From: Marsupella aquatica
Lineage: Eukaryota; Plantae; Marchantiophyta
Direction: 5' to 3'
Assembly: GCA_973895155.1 (NCBI GenBank)
Contig: OZ316898.1
Coordinates: forward strand, 12,551,659-12,615,658
Length of the DNA stretch: 64,000 nucleotides
Below, in pieces: positions 36,517-50,600 of the stretch (its first letter is position 1; each line of letters starts with the position of its first letter). Below the pieces are notes generated by a model. That model ran no database searches. It saw only the letters and a program-made list of their open reading frames with translations, and was not told where the DNA came from. The position numbers and the translations under genes were made by a program.

Positions 36517-38705
36517 ATGGCAGCCCGGGCAGCAGTGGCAGCGACGAGCTGGCTGGGGAATGGGCAGCAGCTGCAGAGCTCTAGAGCCAACGGTTCAGTA
36601 GAGACGATGAGAATTGATAGAGTCAGCTGCAGGGCAGCAGGGCAGAGGAAGAATGGTGTGGTTGTGGCTCAATCAGTGGCAGCGGGAGAAGTGGACACGG
36701 CTGTGAGCTCCGTGAAGGCTGCTGAGTCGTTGGACCCACTGCTGCTGCGGGCAGTGAGGGGGGAGAATGTGGACAGGCCTCCCGTGTGGATGATGCGTCA
36801 AGCCGGGAGATACATGAAGGTGAGTGAGTGAGGAGCTGAGCCGTTGTGATCATGGTGGTCACATAATGGGTTTTGGGTTGGGTTTTTAATTCTCGTCTCT
36901 CTGGGGCTGGGGGTGGAGAATTTGCTTACATTGTAACTGTTAGCATGTATTTGCGGTATCTGTTCGTTCTCCCACCTCGTCTGTGTCTTCCAACGTCGAC
37001 CCCTGGAGGTCCCGGTATGTATTCAACACTATGTCTGGTGTGCATAACCTGTACAGGTGTACCAAGAGCTAAGCAAAAAGTACCCATCTTTCCGGGAACG
37101 ATCAGAAAATACCGACTTGGCCGTGGAGATTTCGCTCCAGCCATGGAAGGCATTCCAACCTGATGGTGTAAGTAGTCTTAAACACGTATCGTGTTGTAGC
37201 CGCTTGCGTAAGGACGCTTACTCCTCAATGCCAGCTTTTCCAATGTAGTTCTACGATAAATGGCAATTTGTCAAGGGACAACAATTTTGTATACAATATT
37301 AGCTGCTTGATAAGAGTCCTCGTGTCCACCAATGTTCGGCTACGTGAAGAACTTTTTCTGTAAATGTTATTCCGGATATGCATGCTTACCACGCTCCTGA
37401 AGTGCTAAGGGTACTCTCTGTAGGCGGCTATGAGAATTTAAGCTTTACTAAAATTATGAAATTGTTCTGACCTTTTGTTTACCTTCGGCTGCAGGTGATT
37501 TTGTTTTCAGATATTCTGACGCCTCTGACAGGCATGAATATTCCCTTTGATATTCTGGAGAGCCAGGGACCCATCATTGATAAGCCCATTCGAACTATGG
37601 AAGATGTTGCGAAAGTGAGAGAATTGGTCCCAGCTGAGGCTGTCCCCTATGTCGGACAGGCTCTTTCTGCCCTTCGTGCTGAGGTAGGCAGTGTCATCTG
37701 AAATCAAATTCAGTCACATCGACGGACAGCCTGAACCGCGGCTGTGCTGGTAGTTGCAGAAACTTGGGATTTAGGGCCGTCTAATCAACATCACGCCGTT
37801 TGATGTTCCCACATTTATGAACTATATGTCATACCATGATCATGCCTGCAGGTGGGAAATGCCTCAGCTGTTCTAGGTTTTGTCGGAGCTCCCTTCACCT
37901 TGGCCTCATATATTGTTGAGGGCGGATCATCCAAGAACTATACAGTGATCAAGAGGATGGCTTTTACCGAACCCGAGGTGAGCTTTGTTTTTCGATTGGA
38001 TTGAACTTGACCCTACACTTTCTTGTCCACGCCCTGCTTCCGGTATTTCCCTGCAGAGGCAGGGAAATACCGTCATTTAGTTATTGTCTCCTCCCTGTGT
38101 TGGTTCGTAGCCATTTGAAATGGAGCCTTGAACTAGAATTTTAAGTTACCGACTGACTATCACAATGTTGTGCTTTGGTCCTGCAGATTTTGCACGCCTT
38201 GCTGCAAAAATTGGCTGAGTCAATCACTATCTACGTGAGATATCAGGCTGACGCTGGTGCACAGGCAGTGCAGATCTTCGACTCCTGGGCTACCAACCTC
38301 AGCCCAGCTGATTTTGAAATTTTCAGCTTGCCTTACATCAATTACATTGTAAACAACGTCAAGAAAACTCATCCCAACCTTCCAATCATCTTGTATGCAA
38401 GTGGGAGTGGCGGTTTGCTCGAGCGAATGGCATCATCTGGAGTTGATGTATTCAGTGTAGACTGGACTGTTGATATAGCTGAGGCAAGGCAAAGAGTAGG
38501 ACCACAGCTTGCCGTGCAGGGAAATATGGATCCTGCTGCTCTGTTTGGTTCCAAGGACTTTATAACAAAAAGGGTTCATGAAACCGTTGAGAAAGCTGGC
38601 CAGTATAAGCATATCCTCAACCTCGGACACGGTGTTCTGGTAGGTACCCCTGAAGAGAATGTAGCGCACTTTTTCGAAGTTTCAAAGAATGTACGATACA
38701 AGTAA
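36517..38705 (+). CDS. HEME: Uroporphyrinogen III decarboxylase, plastid precursor (~415 aa)
   Basis: Exons 36517-36819, 37057-37167, 37495-37683, 37852-37977, 38187-38705. Motifs [55 protein letters not shown]. Transit-peptide-like N-terminus; (CT)n in the 5' UTR at ~36390-36409. Confidence 0.97.
38041..38072 (+). other. Perfect 14-bp-stem hairpin in UROD intron 4
   Basis: cggtatttccctgc-agag-gcagggaaataccg. Confidence 0.85.
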
Positions 38706-39799
38706 CTTCAATTCCTGCTCATAAATCAAAATTAATGTCAATTTCTGTTTCTGCCTATGGCTGTTAAAAGTTGAGCCGTTTACCTCACGGATGCATGATT
38801 CTTCCGATTCTGGGTCTATGGCCGCAAGGCTACAGCAGAAGGCTGACGATGATGTATACACTTTCCTCCAATTTATTCTTGCCTCATAAATAATGGGCCA
38901 GCATTGTTCTGAAACATATATGGGGCGAGTAATATTTTCAATGACCGGGAGGTCAAAAGTGAGATGCATAATTATATCAGGTGTAATATGGTGGATTTCC
39001 AGTTAACTGGTACCCCCAGCGGTTTACGGAGTTGTTGTAGAACGTGATGTTATGTGCTTATGAAGAATCACTTTGGGTCATTGATCTGATAGCAGTTATC
39101 GTGGTACTTAGGACGAATTGTCTTTCGATATTTATGATATTCATGTATCTAATTTCATATTGTATGGAACTCTCATTAGTTTTCATTCGGAGCACACTGC
39201 AGTGATTGCACCTTTCTTGGCATTCAGTTAAAATTCGTGGCATGGCCTTTACCAGTGCTCCATATTACTTTCCAGATTCTGTATAATTGGATACTGCCTT
39301 TGACATAGCTAGAAAGCTCAGGGTAACAACTGCGTGGCTTGATGGTTGCATGTGTTCACCTAAAGGTGCTGTAATGTTGGGCATTGCCATATTGGCCGTT
39401 AGTGGCTCCAGAATAGGATAGAGCGACCTCCACCTCGTAGGCAGATTGAAACTGCTCGAAGTTAAACATCAATTTTATGACCTTCAACGAATAGATCTGT
39501 GTAGACTCTTCAATTTGGCAAAAGTTGAGGCAACTGTCCACGTGAGGCTGTGATGACAACTCGAAGGTGGCTAGGACTGGAAACCTAAGACTGTTTCCAC
39601 ATCCTGTGATGCAGCCATGGTAACCCAAATGTTTTGATCTTTGCCAATTCTCCACCCCAACAGGACCGTTTCTTTGCCATTCATGTGCTTGTGAAATGAA
39701 AGTTTAACAAGTGGTGGTGTCTTTCACCCCCCTTGAGTTGTTTTTGAGAACCTGAACTTATCTTGCGCTGATAATCACTAGAGATATTTCACTAGAGTA

Positions 39800-40770
39800 C
39801 GTGATTTGGAGGTCCAAATCTTTTTAGAGGCTCCTGTTCATTCCGTTTCGGTACACCTCGTTCAGTCTGAGAGTTGGACGCTTGGTCATGTTTTTTCGAG
39901 GCTTCAAATTCCACGACAGTGTACAAAATCATCTTCGGTTCTCCTGGGGATAGGAATGTACCTCAATGAACAACCCACAATCCCACAAATGAAAACCCCA
40001 TAGGAACCCTGAGGCCAATTGGTGGTACTCAATTCAGTTAACCTTATACTATCAGGACCAAGCCAATCAATTTACTGCAGTCAAACGAGAGACCTCGCTT
40101 GCTTCCTGACAATCTACTTCATTCCGAACATCCCTCAGTCTCGTACACCACCGGTCAGCTGTTGTGGAATATTGCGATCAACCAGAACTTTTTGGTGTGA
40201 TTGTTTGACAAGTCGCATCGCTCGGACACCTTCAGGCTTGCCACCGAATCACTGCTCACAGATTTGCGTCATTTTCTTAGAAAATGCCTAATCTGCTCGA
40301 GTGTGGCTGATGGCATTATAATCTCAAGAAATTTACGTCCAAGAGCCAGTCACTTAATTCATGATATTGGGTACGCCATTGCACAGTAAATCAGTAGGTA
40401 CATAACAGTAACACGAGTACCTTTGTTTCTCTGTAACATTAACTTCTTGCAAATGGATAGTAATGGCTTGTGAGCAAATTTTCGATCACATCAGACAGCG
40501 AGCAGTCAGTGAATAACATAGTTCATGTTGGCGTAGGCAAGAAGATCGGACTTACTCACCACATGCTGCTGACCACGAGAAGCAAGGGAATCGCATAGAG
40601 TTTTTAAAAAGAAAGTCGTCGGTGTCCTAAACATTATTGAAACACCATTTGGTGAGAACAGTTTCTATCTATGCAAAATAGTCCACTCATCTCCATTTCG
40701 TGGCAAAACGACCATGCAATTCTTGAAATGATTGCCACTCCCACTTTCACTCGCAGGGACCACTGTATTG
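39800..40770 (-). pseudogene. Possible highly decayed F-box gene relic
   Basis: Broken-frame fragments in F-box order: IQWSLRVKVGVAIISRIAW, ETVLTKW...DTDDFL, LLCNG, KKFWLIAI...VVYET, FVHCRG. Many stops and frameshifts; judged by eye only. Confidence 0.25.
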
Positions 40771-41649
40771 TTCAGATGAAATATATCTGACAGAGGATAT
40801 CAATTTCTCGATACGAAGTAACAATCTCAGTTTTGAGTTGGAAGCTCAGAAAGGAAATTCGATTGTATTCCTACCGGTAGCCTTCCATCCTACAGCTTCC
40901 AGGCATACTGTTTTCTCCGGGACTAGAGAGGACGCAAGTCCAGACGACAACGGTGGAGAATTTAGGCATTTTCCAAGACAAGGGTAGCAGACAGGAGAGT
41001 TGCTATTCCAATTCAGCCCTTCTAGACAGTACCAAATTCAGTTCCTATCCTAGTTTGTGTAGGTAAGACGAGATAGCGGCAGTAAGGATAAGGAAATCAG
41101 GCATACTACACCAAAAACTCAGTAACTGTGTAGAAGCAAACCATATAATTCAAACCACCTTCCTCAAATTCATTTCTAGTTTAATTGAGACTCTTCTTTT
41201 ACTTGATGACAATTGTCCAAACTCTAAAATTGTCGTGCGATATCTTTGATATAGGGCAGCTCTGGGACAGGACAGCAGAGAAAACATTTTCAGCAGAAGG
41301 TCACCTAAGCAGGAAGGAAATACCGGTACAGCTTCGGCAATCCTCCTTGCTGAAAGAATGATGTATACATTCCTTCCTTCCACTAAGACCCTAAGCCCTG
41401 CATCCTTGAAATGAATGGTCTTAACTTTCTTTGCCTTAGTATTACTCAGCCCTCCGTAACCTTGGCCACATTGTTTCTGTCCTTGCAGATCCGTCTGTCA
41501 ACTGCCATTGTAAGAATGACTGCATGAGCAAGAAGCACTCTTCCCTATGCCATTTAAAGGATTCCTCCAACTTCCTTTGGTTACACGTCATAGAAATATG
41601 TCTGCAACAATCCTGTAAAAACGTGGATGCTACAGAAGCCTACTGTTGG

Positions 41650-41773
41650 ATCCTCTTCAACTCAGGACCACCAACGGGAAATACAATTTTTGAAGTAAAA
41701 TGGAATTCGCATCCTCTTAAACTCACGACCACCAACGGGATATACAATATTCGATGTTAAATGGAATTCGCAT
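41650..41773. repeat. 61-bp tandem duplication downstream of the NEF1 stop
   Basis: atcctctt.aactca.gaccaccaacggga.atacaat...atggaattcgc at 41650 and 41711. Confidence 0.9.
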
Positions 41774-41888
41774 GACAAAGTGAACTGCACTTGCCTGGTC
41801 GTACTTAAAGCTGGACGAAATTCTTGCTCAATCTAAATGGGGCAAAAATGGTTCATTTTTCTGATGGCTAGAGAGGGATGTCATTCAA

Positions 41889-44800
41889 CTATATGAACTT
41901 CATCCCTTGAATTCTTATGTGTCTGGATACCAGGTATTGACAGATAGCAAATGCTATTCCTAGTAGCGTTAATATCCGGATACTGTGGATATCTGCAATG
42001 ATTGCCGCAGGTATGTTCAGAGGTGAGATCAAAAGCAAAACAAAGTCGGACTGTCGCACATAGTCCCACATGAAGCGGTTAAACATGACATGGTTGGGAA
42101 TGGTGAGGAATAGGACCAACACATTCTTGACAGCGTAAAATAGACCTGGCCCACCCGTTTCTAGACCCCAACCTGCCAATTGGTAACCGTGCCAGGCCTC
42201 TTCCCACAACCGGTAACCTGCGGACCCTATCAAGTATAGGGAAATGACAAACGTTGAAGGAAAGTATCTTTGGCGGTCACCAAATCCAGTGAGTAGGTTG
42301 GCATCCTGATTCAAGAGTAGCAGGATAGGTGCGATGACCAACACAGCATGATCCGAACCCCCAGTCAAATGCATGTTCAGCACGAGGCAAAGTACGACAC
42401 AAAGTACTGTTGCAATATTCCCAATTGCCGGCATCCATGCTCCTTCTGCCGCAAGTTTCTTCACCCCGAATGAGTTTGTGATGGTTGGACGTCGCTGCTG
42501 AATGAGATGTGATCTTGACCCACCGAGAACTTTAGACTTTGCTGCTGGCCTTTCTGATATTTTGTCTCGCATCATAGTTGCGAGTTGAAGCTTGATTTCC
42601 AACGCGATCACCATAAACACAGCTGCATAGAGTCCTATTAGAGAGATGCGCCCTCCCTCAATTGCAAGAGACGTCACGAACTTGTCATCCTCTCCTTCAC
42701 CTCTGGAACGTTGCAGACCCTCTACAAGATACAGCACTGGGAGAAGAGCAACCAGAAGAGTGAACACCCATGGTAAAAATCTGGGGCTTGATGCTGATGG
42801 AAGATGGGTAAATACGAGGAAGACCGATGCACAAATTACTGCTGCTACGAGCAGAGCATGCAGTAAAGGAACTTGGTAGAAATATTGAGCACAAAGATAG
42901 ATGCCTCCGCTGGTTCCCAGTCCAACAGCATAGAAAAACCGCAGTTCTACGAAGTGCTGGATTGGAAGTGCTGAGGTGAAAGCTGCCAATGAGGTCAAAA
43001 TTGTAATGATCAGCAGCCATGAAGGCCAGGACGGTCGGCTTACGACAGTGCCATAGATAGTAATCTCATCTGGGTTCGACACATATTGATAGTGACGATA
43101 GCGGCTAAGAACCCAGCCACCAGGAACAGGTGGGTCCATGTAAACAAGACAAGCGCCGAGAGTAATCACCAGTAGCATGGAACTTTTGGCCAACTGCAAT
43201 GAGCGCCAAGAACAAAACATCAGAACACAATTTATAATGAGTTGTTAAGACACTGGTTGAAGTTTCCTTCCCATTTAGTTCAAAGTCATCATCGTCCTGG
43301 GCATGTGACCTAGTGTAGCTGACAGCAGGTACTACTCCATCTACTATACCAAACTTCCATCACTTATATTAATGAAATGGCTGCCAGTTGATGGAATCCC
43401 ACAGCTAGACCACTGCCATACACTAGTCAGATTCTTCCGCTCATGCATAACGAAACACGAAAACCTCACTAACCTGGACATGCGAAAAATGCTGTGTCAC
43501 AATAGGAGCACTTGAAAGTCCGACGAAGAGAACAAGGACACCCAAGAGCAACCCATCTGAGGGAGGGCGGCCAGTTGCCCACTGCAAAACCTCAAATATT
43601 GTATCTCTGCAAAGCCAAACTGCCACCAAAACGACACCAGCGTGGAGAAGACCTTGCCATGACTTCATGCGGGAAACTCCTTTTGCTTGGTCTCTGCCGT
43701 ACATCGCACGGGAGTACAGAAAAGTGAGCTTAATATGGAAGGCAGAGAACTTCTCTACATGCTGTAATCCGAACGAATAACTAATAAATTGGTTACAATT
43801 CAAGTTCGAATTGGAAAGGAAACATACTTGTAGAATACAAGGGGTGGCGATACCGCCAGGAGCAGTAAAACTGAAGCCCACAAAACATTCCGTGTGGTTA
43901 CAACCAACATGGAAAGCTTGGCTGCATATAGACAAAACAGAATCCAAGCTGCCCAGGACCCAATACGCTTCTCAAACAGAAAGCGCCTCGTTAACACCAT
44001 GCCAATAACACTGGTCAACACAACCAAGTAACTCGGGTAGATAGCCTCATCATCCACGCCATAGTAGTACATATTGGTGAAGTTGTAGAGTCGATTTTCT
44101 GCTGCGCATAGCAAGGTAGCTTGTCCTATTAAACCCAATGGCACTAGCAGTTGAAGCTGCTGCACTGGAATGAGGGTAAGCCCTGGTATAGTCAAACCCA
44201 GATATATACTCCCGATGATCAGATTGCAAACGTGCTTGATGTTGACACCTCCCAACCAAATATTCAAGTAGTAGAAGTTGTGCAAAACAAACCACGTTGC
44301 AGGGATACACGCCGCGATGGCAAAAATGAAGTACGACCAGATGGTCTTTTTTGTCAGAAACTGCGAAAGGTAGTACCCGCAAACAATTGAAGCCGGAAAA
44401 AACTGCACATTATGCAGCAGACAAGCAAGACATACGTGAGCCAGAATCACAGACGTGACATGCCACATGCTTTCATCAGCTGATTGACTCTACAAGTTAC
44501 ATCCACTCGGAGACCATCCATATAATAGGCTTCTTCAATCTGCAATGACAGTACCAAAATCCCAATTGGGGCATATGACTCATAGAGATGGTGAATGCCC
44601 TTACCTTGTACGGTAGCCCTATAACCAACGAGACACAAATAGCAGCTACTTGCAGTAAGCTGGTAAGGATGACGAAACCCATACTGTCTGTCAACACTCC
44701 GGACAGGTACGCTCCAGCTGCTGCTGCTCCTCCCAAAAGTGCAGCAGTGACGAGAATGTAGTTCCATGGAGGAAGAATGTAGATGTACCGTCCAAAAGCG

Positions 44801-45765
44801 TAGAATATCACACGAATCTCGAGGCAGATAATTATGACCACGACGGAAATCGCTCCATTAACCAGTCTAAAATGATGTAGATCTCGTGAGTCTTTAGCGA
44901 GCCACCACAAGGATCCTCGTGTCGAAGCAAACATGAGGAAGAGCAGCGGGACAAAGAACAGGAGCAGCATGTCACAGACAGAGTTAACGGAAGAGAACAG
45001 CTTTGCATGGTAAGCTCCAATGTAGAAAAAAAGAGGAAGGAAGAGGAGGATAAGTGTGTGAAAAGAAGCCTCCAACGGGCCAGCTATGAGTGCTTCTTCG
45101 GAGATTTCCCCGCCATACGTCCTCTGCGTCTTTTGCATGAATGATGACGGGTGAGGGATGGAGAAAAGCCAGTACATCTCGAACAGGATTATCATCAGAT
45201 AGTAGTGAGCATTTGTCATTCCCACAGCCGCTATAACACCCCATGTTTGGATTGTGGCAGCAATGATGGGCGTGCAGGCGAACAACAGTCGCTCCAACGC
45301 CAACACAGCTGTTGGGTTCTCGAGCTGGAACCACTTGAATTGAAGAGAGGCCCATACTCCGATCAAAAACAGCAAGAGAAATGAGGTGAAAAGCGTGATC
45401 AGGAACAGAACATGAGAACCAGAGGTCGGGGAGGTGAAACTGGTGCCGGTAAATAGTAAGGCTACCACCACGGCAAAGAGCGTGCCCCAAGTACCAAAGA
45501 ATGCACCTTGTTTTAGCTGTATCAAGTCTAGGATATAGGCTATCATCAGTCCGACTGTGAGGACTGAGAGAACGGCATTTCCTCCAACTCCAAGCAGCAG
45601 AATTGCGGATGGCACGAGAGCTGTGGCTACTCTCGCATTATACTGAAAAGAATTAGGGGTGAATCGCGTCTCCCCCGGCCTTCGACGACTACTGCCCCCA
45701 TTGAGGCTTCCCATCGTATCATAAGAGGGGGCGGCCATGCCCGGTGGCCCTCCCCTGTAGGCCAT
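41889..45765 (-). CDS. NEF1: NO EXINE FORMATION 1-like polytopic membrane protein (~1086 aa)
   Basis: Exons 45765-44605, 44402-43828, 43693-43474, 43193-41889 join in frame (3261 nt). Family motifs RFTPNSFQYNARVATALVP, ASLQFKWFQLENP..VLALERLLFAC, AEGAWMPAIGNIAT, LLLNQD...GFGDRQRYFP, C-terminal SRHIRIQGMKFI. Confidence 0.93.
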
Positions 45766-46799
45766 CTTTCCTCACTCTAGATCAGACTCGTCCTTCACAG
45801 CAGCTCAATTCAGTCTCCAGATTTCAACCCTACTACAAGTCCAGCAACCTTCGTCTTCTGTCACACCCTAACAGTGCTCCACAGATGTTGGTGCTGTTGG
45901 TCTTAATCCGCTCCCCCGTTCGGATCCGAGTGCATCTCATTTCAACCCGCTCCTCCTCCTCCTCCTGTAGTCCCTCTTACCTCCTTGAAAATACGGTGGC
46001 CGTAATGCTCCTGGAATCACATGAGGCGAATCGGAAACCAAGACGAGAGAGAAGGACTGGCTTGGTCATATCTCCCACACATCGTGATGGCCCAGCTCGA
46101 TTTTAGGGAACCAAAGGAAACGAGCTCCTATCCAAAGAAGGGAAACGAATAGAAACAATAAAGCAAGTGGATTTTCAGTACGTCTCTTATTAAATCTCCA
46201 CCTCATTCCACAGAAACTTTGCACCGCCTGATTCGGCAGTAGAACAGCACGGTAGAGCGCCAGCATGTTGGCAGGCAGGAAGGAAGAGATAGACAGAACA
46301 CGCAGGAAGCCTAGAGAGAGCGGCAAGAGCATACATGTACTGAAATAAAAAACTGACATACCTTGCCAGTGAAAGATTATCGTCGATGATAGCGCCAGGT
46401 CAATCACGTCGGGTGCTCACTCTCGAGAGGCTTCGTTCGAAATCAGCAGTCCTTTTGGAGAATTGCGCGAGTCTGGTAAAGGACTGGGAACAGAATGTTG
46501 GATTTCTTTCCTTCCTGTTGTCGTAGCCATCACATGGATGCAGCGGAAAGAAAGCAGAGGACGGTAGACAGAGTGAGCTTGGTCGGGGCGCGAGACAAGA
46601 CGGATTTAATCCCCTTTCCCAAACATGAGAAAGACCAATTTGAAAATTTCCAGCAGGGCTTGTACTTCCGGAAGACCACATCACAGTGTCGTGAGCAAAG
46701 ATTACTCTAACTTTACTCTACACATTGTGACGAGAAACGAGACCAAGGAAAGGGCACTGAGTGACTACTCTCCTCTTGTTGAGCTCTTTCATTGCTCTG

Positions 46800-47600
46800 C
46801 CGGCAGGGCAGGGCATGGGGCCAAGGGAGGGGCCAAGGAAGGGGCCAGTTGGCGATTGTCGTTGGGAGGTCGCCAGAGGAGAGAGGGCCAATTGGGGGGC
46901 CAGTAGCCCCTTGATGTTGAATGGGGTTTGGGGGTGCACCAGGACAGGGAGGGGGCCAAAAGAGGAGCCAAGGGAGGGGCCAGTTGGTGGTTGTAGTTGG
47001 GAGGTAGGTGCCAGAGCAGAGAAGGCCAGTTGGGGGCCAGTAGCCTGCTGATGTCGAATGTGGGTGGCAGGGTGCACTAGGGTAAGGAGGGGGCCAAAAG
47101 AGGAGCCAAGAGAGAGGCCAATTGGCAGTTGTCGTTGGGAGGTTGGGGCCACAGCAGAGAGGGCCATTTGGAGGCCAGTAGCCTGTTGATGTTCAATGGG
47201 GTTGGGGGCTGCACCAGGGCAGAGAGGGGGGCAAAAGAGGAGCCAAGGGAGGGGAGAGTTGGCGGTTGTCTTTGGGAGGTCAGGCCAGTGCAGAGAGGGG
47301 TCCTTTGGGGGCTAGTTGCCTGTTGTTGTTCAATGGGGTGCGGGTTTGGGGGGCACCAGGGCCGGGGAGGCCAAGGGAGGGGCTAGTTGGCGGTTCTCGT
47401 TGCTAGGGTGGGCCAGTTGCCTGTTGTTGTTCAATGGGGTTCGGGGTGCTAGGGCAGGGTAGGGTAGGGGACCAAAAAATGAGTCGACTAGCAGTTGTCG
47501 TTGGGAGGTTGGGCCAGGTTAAACAGGGTCAGTTGGTGGCCAGTTGCCTGTTGTTGTTCAATGGGGGGTTGGGGTGCACCAGGGCAGGCAGGGCCACTTC
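46800..47600. repeat. G-rich ~138-bp satellite, ~6 progressively degenerate copies
   Basis: ccaaaagaggagccaag(g/a)gag...ttgggaggt...gggccagtagcc recurs at ~46821, 46956, 47094 and 47231, then shorter variants. Confidence 0.88.
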
Positions 47601-50600
47601 TTATAGGGAGTAAAGGTGACAAGCATCAAAGTTTTCAAGTTCATTAGGGCATCCCAAAGTTACCAAAATGCAGACTCTTTGCCGGTTTGAGAGTTTGCGG
47701 GTCGGGATGCAGACCCAAAGCATGCAGTCACCCGAATCGGCAACTGCACTTTTACGCCCGGGTATCTTTTGCTAACTTCAGGCTACAGGCTGCAGGTTAG
47801 AGACCAAGGTTTTAGCTGACCAGGGTTTTTCCAAGGATTTTCATGTACCACCTACTTATTGCTTACAAATTCAAACGAGAACAACTCATGAGAATCCTTG
47901 GAAAATGTGGGCAATGGAGACTGGCATTGTACATTCAAGTCTAGCAAAGGAGTAGTTGCGTCCTGGAGTAGTCTCATGAGCTACAACTTTCATTGTCAAG
48001 GAGTTGTCTAGTGAGCATAAATGAAAGCGAAGTGTGCATCGATCAATCCTTTGAAACTCGTGAGTTGGTGGGACAATGTCTCATACATTAGTCGTATGTG
48101 ACTTTTGGAGACCAGGTTGTGGAATACCGTCTGCAATCATCAGAGGCCGTTGCCAAGGGTACCTAGGTGACTCCCTGATTCCGCTTTCACTTTTGACTTT
48201 CTTGCGCAATGCGATTTACCCTCTTCCGTTGCTTTTGGATTATAAAATTGTGGTGATACTTTTTCTTTCTTCTCAGGTCATGGCTCAATGGGCCTATCTT
48301 ACAGACCTTGAGGACGGCATATGTGCAGAAAATTAAAACCTAAAAATACTCACCCTCCTTGGCCTGGGCAGAGAATTATGTGGCATGAAATCTATAATTT
48401 CCCATGGAATTAGTCTACTATGCTTGTCCTTATGAATTGGACATAGGACTTTCATGTTAGAAATCATTTGAATTTGGATCTCGTTGTCGGCATACATTAC
48501 TAGGGCAGGCAAAGTTTAGATTCCCGATCACGATGTCTGCTCCAATTTTTGTCACCTGTGAATCGGGCACTAAATCTGAATTGGGCACTATTACTAGATC
48601 CTACAAGTAGAAGGATCTAGACAATTATGAAGATGTAAGATGTGCCCTCATTGAATTAGCCATCCTACCTCTTTCTACTTTGCACTTTGGCACGGAAAAT
48701 TAGGACTAGTATGTTCATATTGTTGAGAATGGGAGGCTTGGATTTTGAAAAAGCTCCACATTCAAAGAATGAGACAAGTTTCTGAGCACAAAAGTCTGTG
48801 CAGGGGTTCAAACAGAAACTGAGCTGGATTTTCCTTAACCCATGCTAAACCCACAACCATGAAGGCTTACGACCCCTCTCAAACTCCCCCCCCCCTTCTT
48901 TCTGCATGCCTGAAAAGCCGGTCTTGACCATAATTTTGGGCAAACTTTTTGGCAGTCACGTGCCTACAACCCTGTCCACACTGCCTACGACCCTGTCCAC
49001 ACCCTTAAACTTTGAGATGCCATATTGACATAATAACTAGCCGGTTTGTGAAAATAAACCAAGCAACCAACAACAATGACAGACGTACATTGCACTCCAA
49101 AAATGACCAAACAGAACCTTGGGTTTTAGGGACTACCAACTCGAGGCTAGTTGTTGGATGTTCTTCGTGGGGTGGGGATTGGGGATGTGCAAGGGGTGAG
49201 TCTTGTAAAACGGCCATGGCATAGTTTTTGGTTCTAGTATATGGAGGGATGGACCTCATATCAAAGAAAGATATGGGTAACCCATGGTGCCAAGGGGCTA
49301 CACCCATGACCCCTGAATGGCCATGGATTAATGAGCATAAACTCAAGGTTTTCAAGTCAAAGTAGAGTAGTCAAAGGGTTATCCAATTTGGGGTTATCCC
49401 AACCATGAGGGGTGACCGTACTGGTGGGAATGCTATGGTGTTCAAATCCTAGTGATAGATTTTGCCCCAATTTGACTATCCTTTTGCACTCAACTCTTCA
49501 TTGAGTCCAATTTTCTCGATTGCATTTGCTTGCTCAGCTTGTCGAGGCGCATCAAATTCCTGTCCCACTTGCTGATTTGGTTAGTACATTGGATGTGACC
49601 CACTAGCTCTTGTCACATATTCCAATGTTAACACTAGTCATTCTGACACTTTTTTTTTCCCGGTCATGTTTTAGGTTTACACTTGTCATGTTTTAGGTTT
49701 ACACTTGCTTTTCTTTTTTCTGGTTAGGTGTTTGTCCTCCTTGGAACTTTTTTTCTTTCCTTTCATTCTACTTTGTTCATTTTGGGGTTTTCACATTTAA
49801 ATTTAGTATAAATTATGCTTCTTTGGTTAAATGAATCTTTGGTTATATGAAACCTAAACTTGTGACAGATTAGATTAGACAAGGCTTTGTGTCTGTTCTT
49901 TTCCTTCTCTCCTTCTCTCCTGAATTCTCCACCTATATCTTCAATTACAGCACTGCCCACTTAGAAAGTGCAATCCGATGATTAGAGAGCAAGGAGAATT
50001 TGACTAGGATGAATCGGTTTTGCATTCGTTCAGAGGAAAGCTTTCGAGCCTGGCATTGTATTCAACATGCCACATTCTTGCGGTAACTGAATTACGTCAA
50101 ACGGCGACGAGAAATTCCTGTGAATGTTGATCGACATGCAGGGCATGATCCCATTGCGAGTCTGTCCCTCTCGCTCCCGGAAACTCTCAGATTACGTGTA
50201 ACGCTGGGGCATGCGGTGCGCCATGCTGTACTCCGGCGTATTGCTCATAATTATGGCTGAGAATTTGGAGCGACGTGTGCAGAATGAAACCCTTGCTCTT
50301 CTTCGGACGATACATCTGGTGAGTAAAGACCTCTGCGCCCTGCAGTTTTCGAGTATGGCTAGTTTGTGAAAGCATTGCCCATCAGTGATCTGGAAACTGC
50401 GGTTCTTTTAAAAATGCGTGCGACACCATCATTTAAGTCTAAACCATTTGCCCTTTGTACTGAGATTTCAGGTCTGATCATTTCAGTTGGCACAATTGTC
50501 TCTATTTGAGATTACGCACCTAATGTTGTCGGATGGGCCACTACTGTAACGTAACGTCCTCATTGGGTCTTGGAACTCAGGATGAAAGATTATGTCCTTG

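Noticed and set aside
46718-47386. Pro/Gly-rich ORFs on both strands
   Set aside because: Derived from the G-rich satellite.
49420-49460. GTTCAAATCC T-loop-like motif
   Set aside because: No cloverleaf or acceptor stem; not a tRNA.
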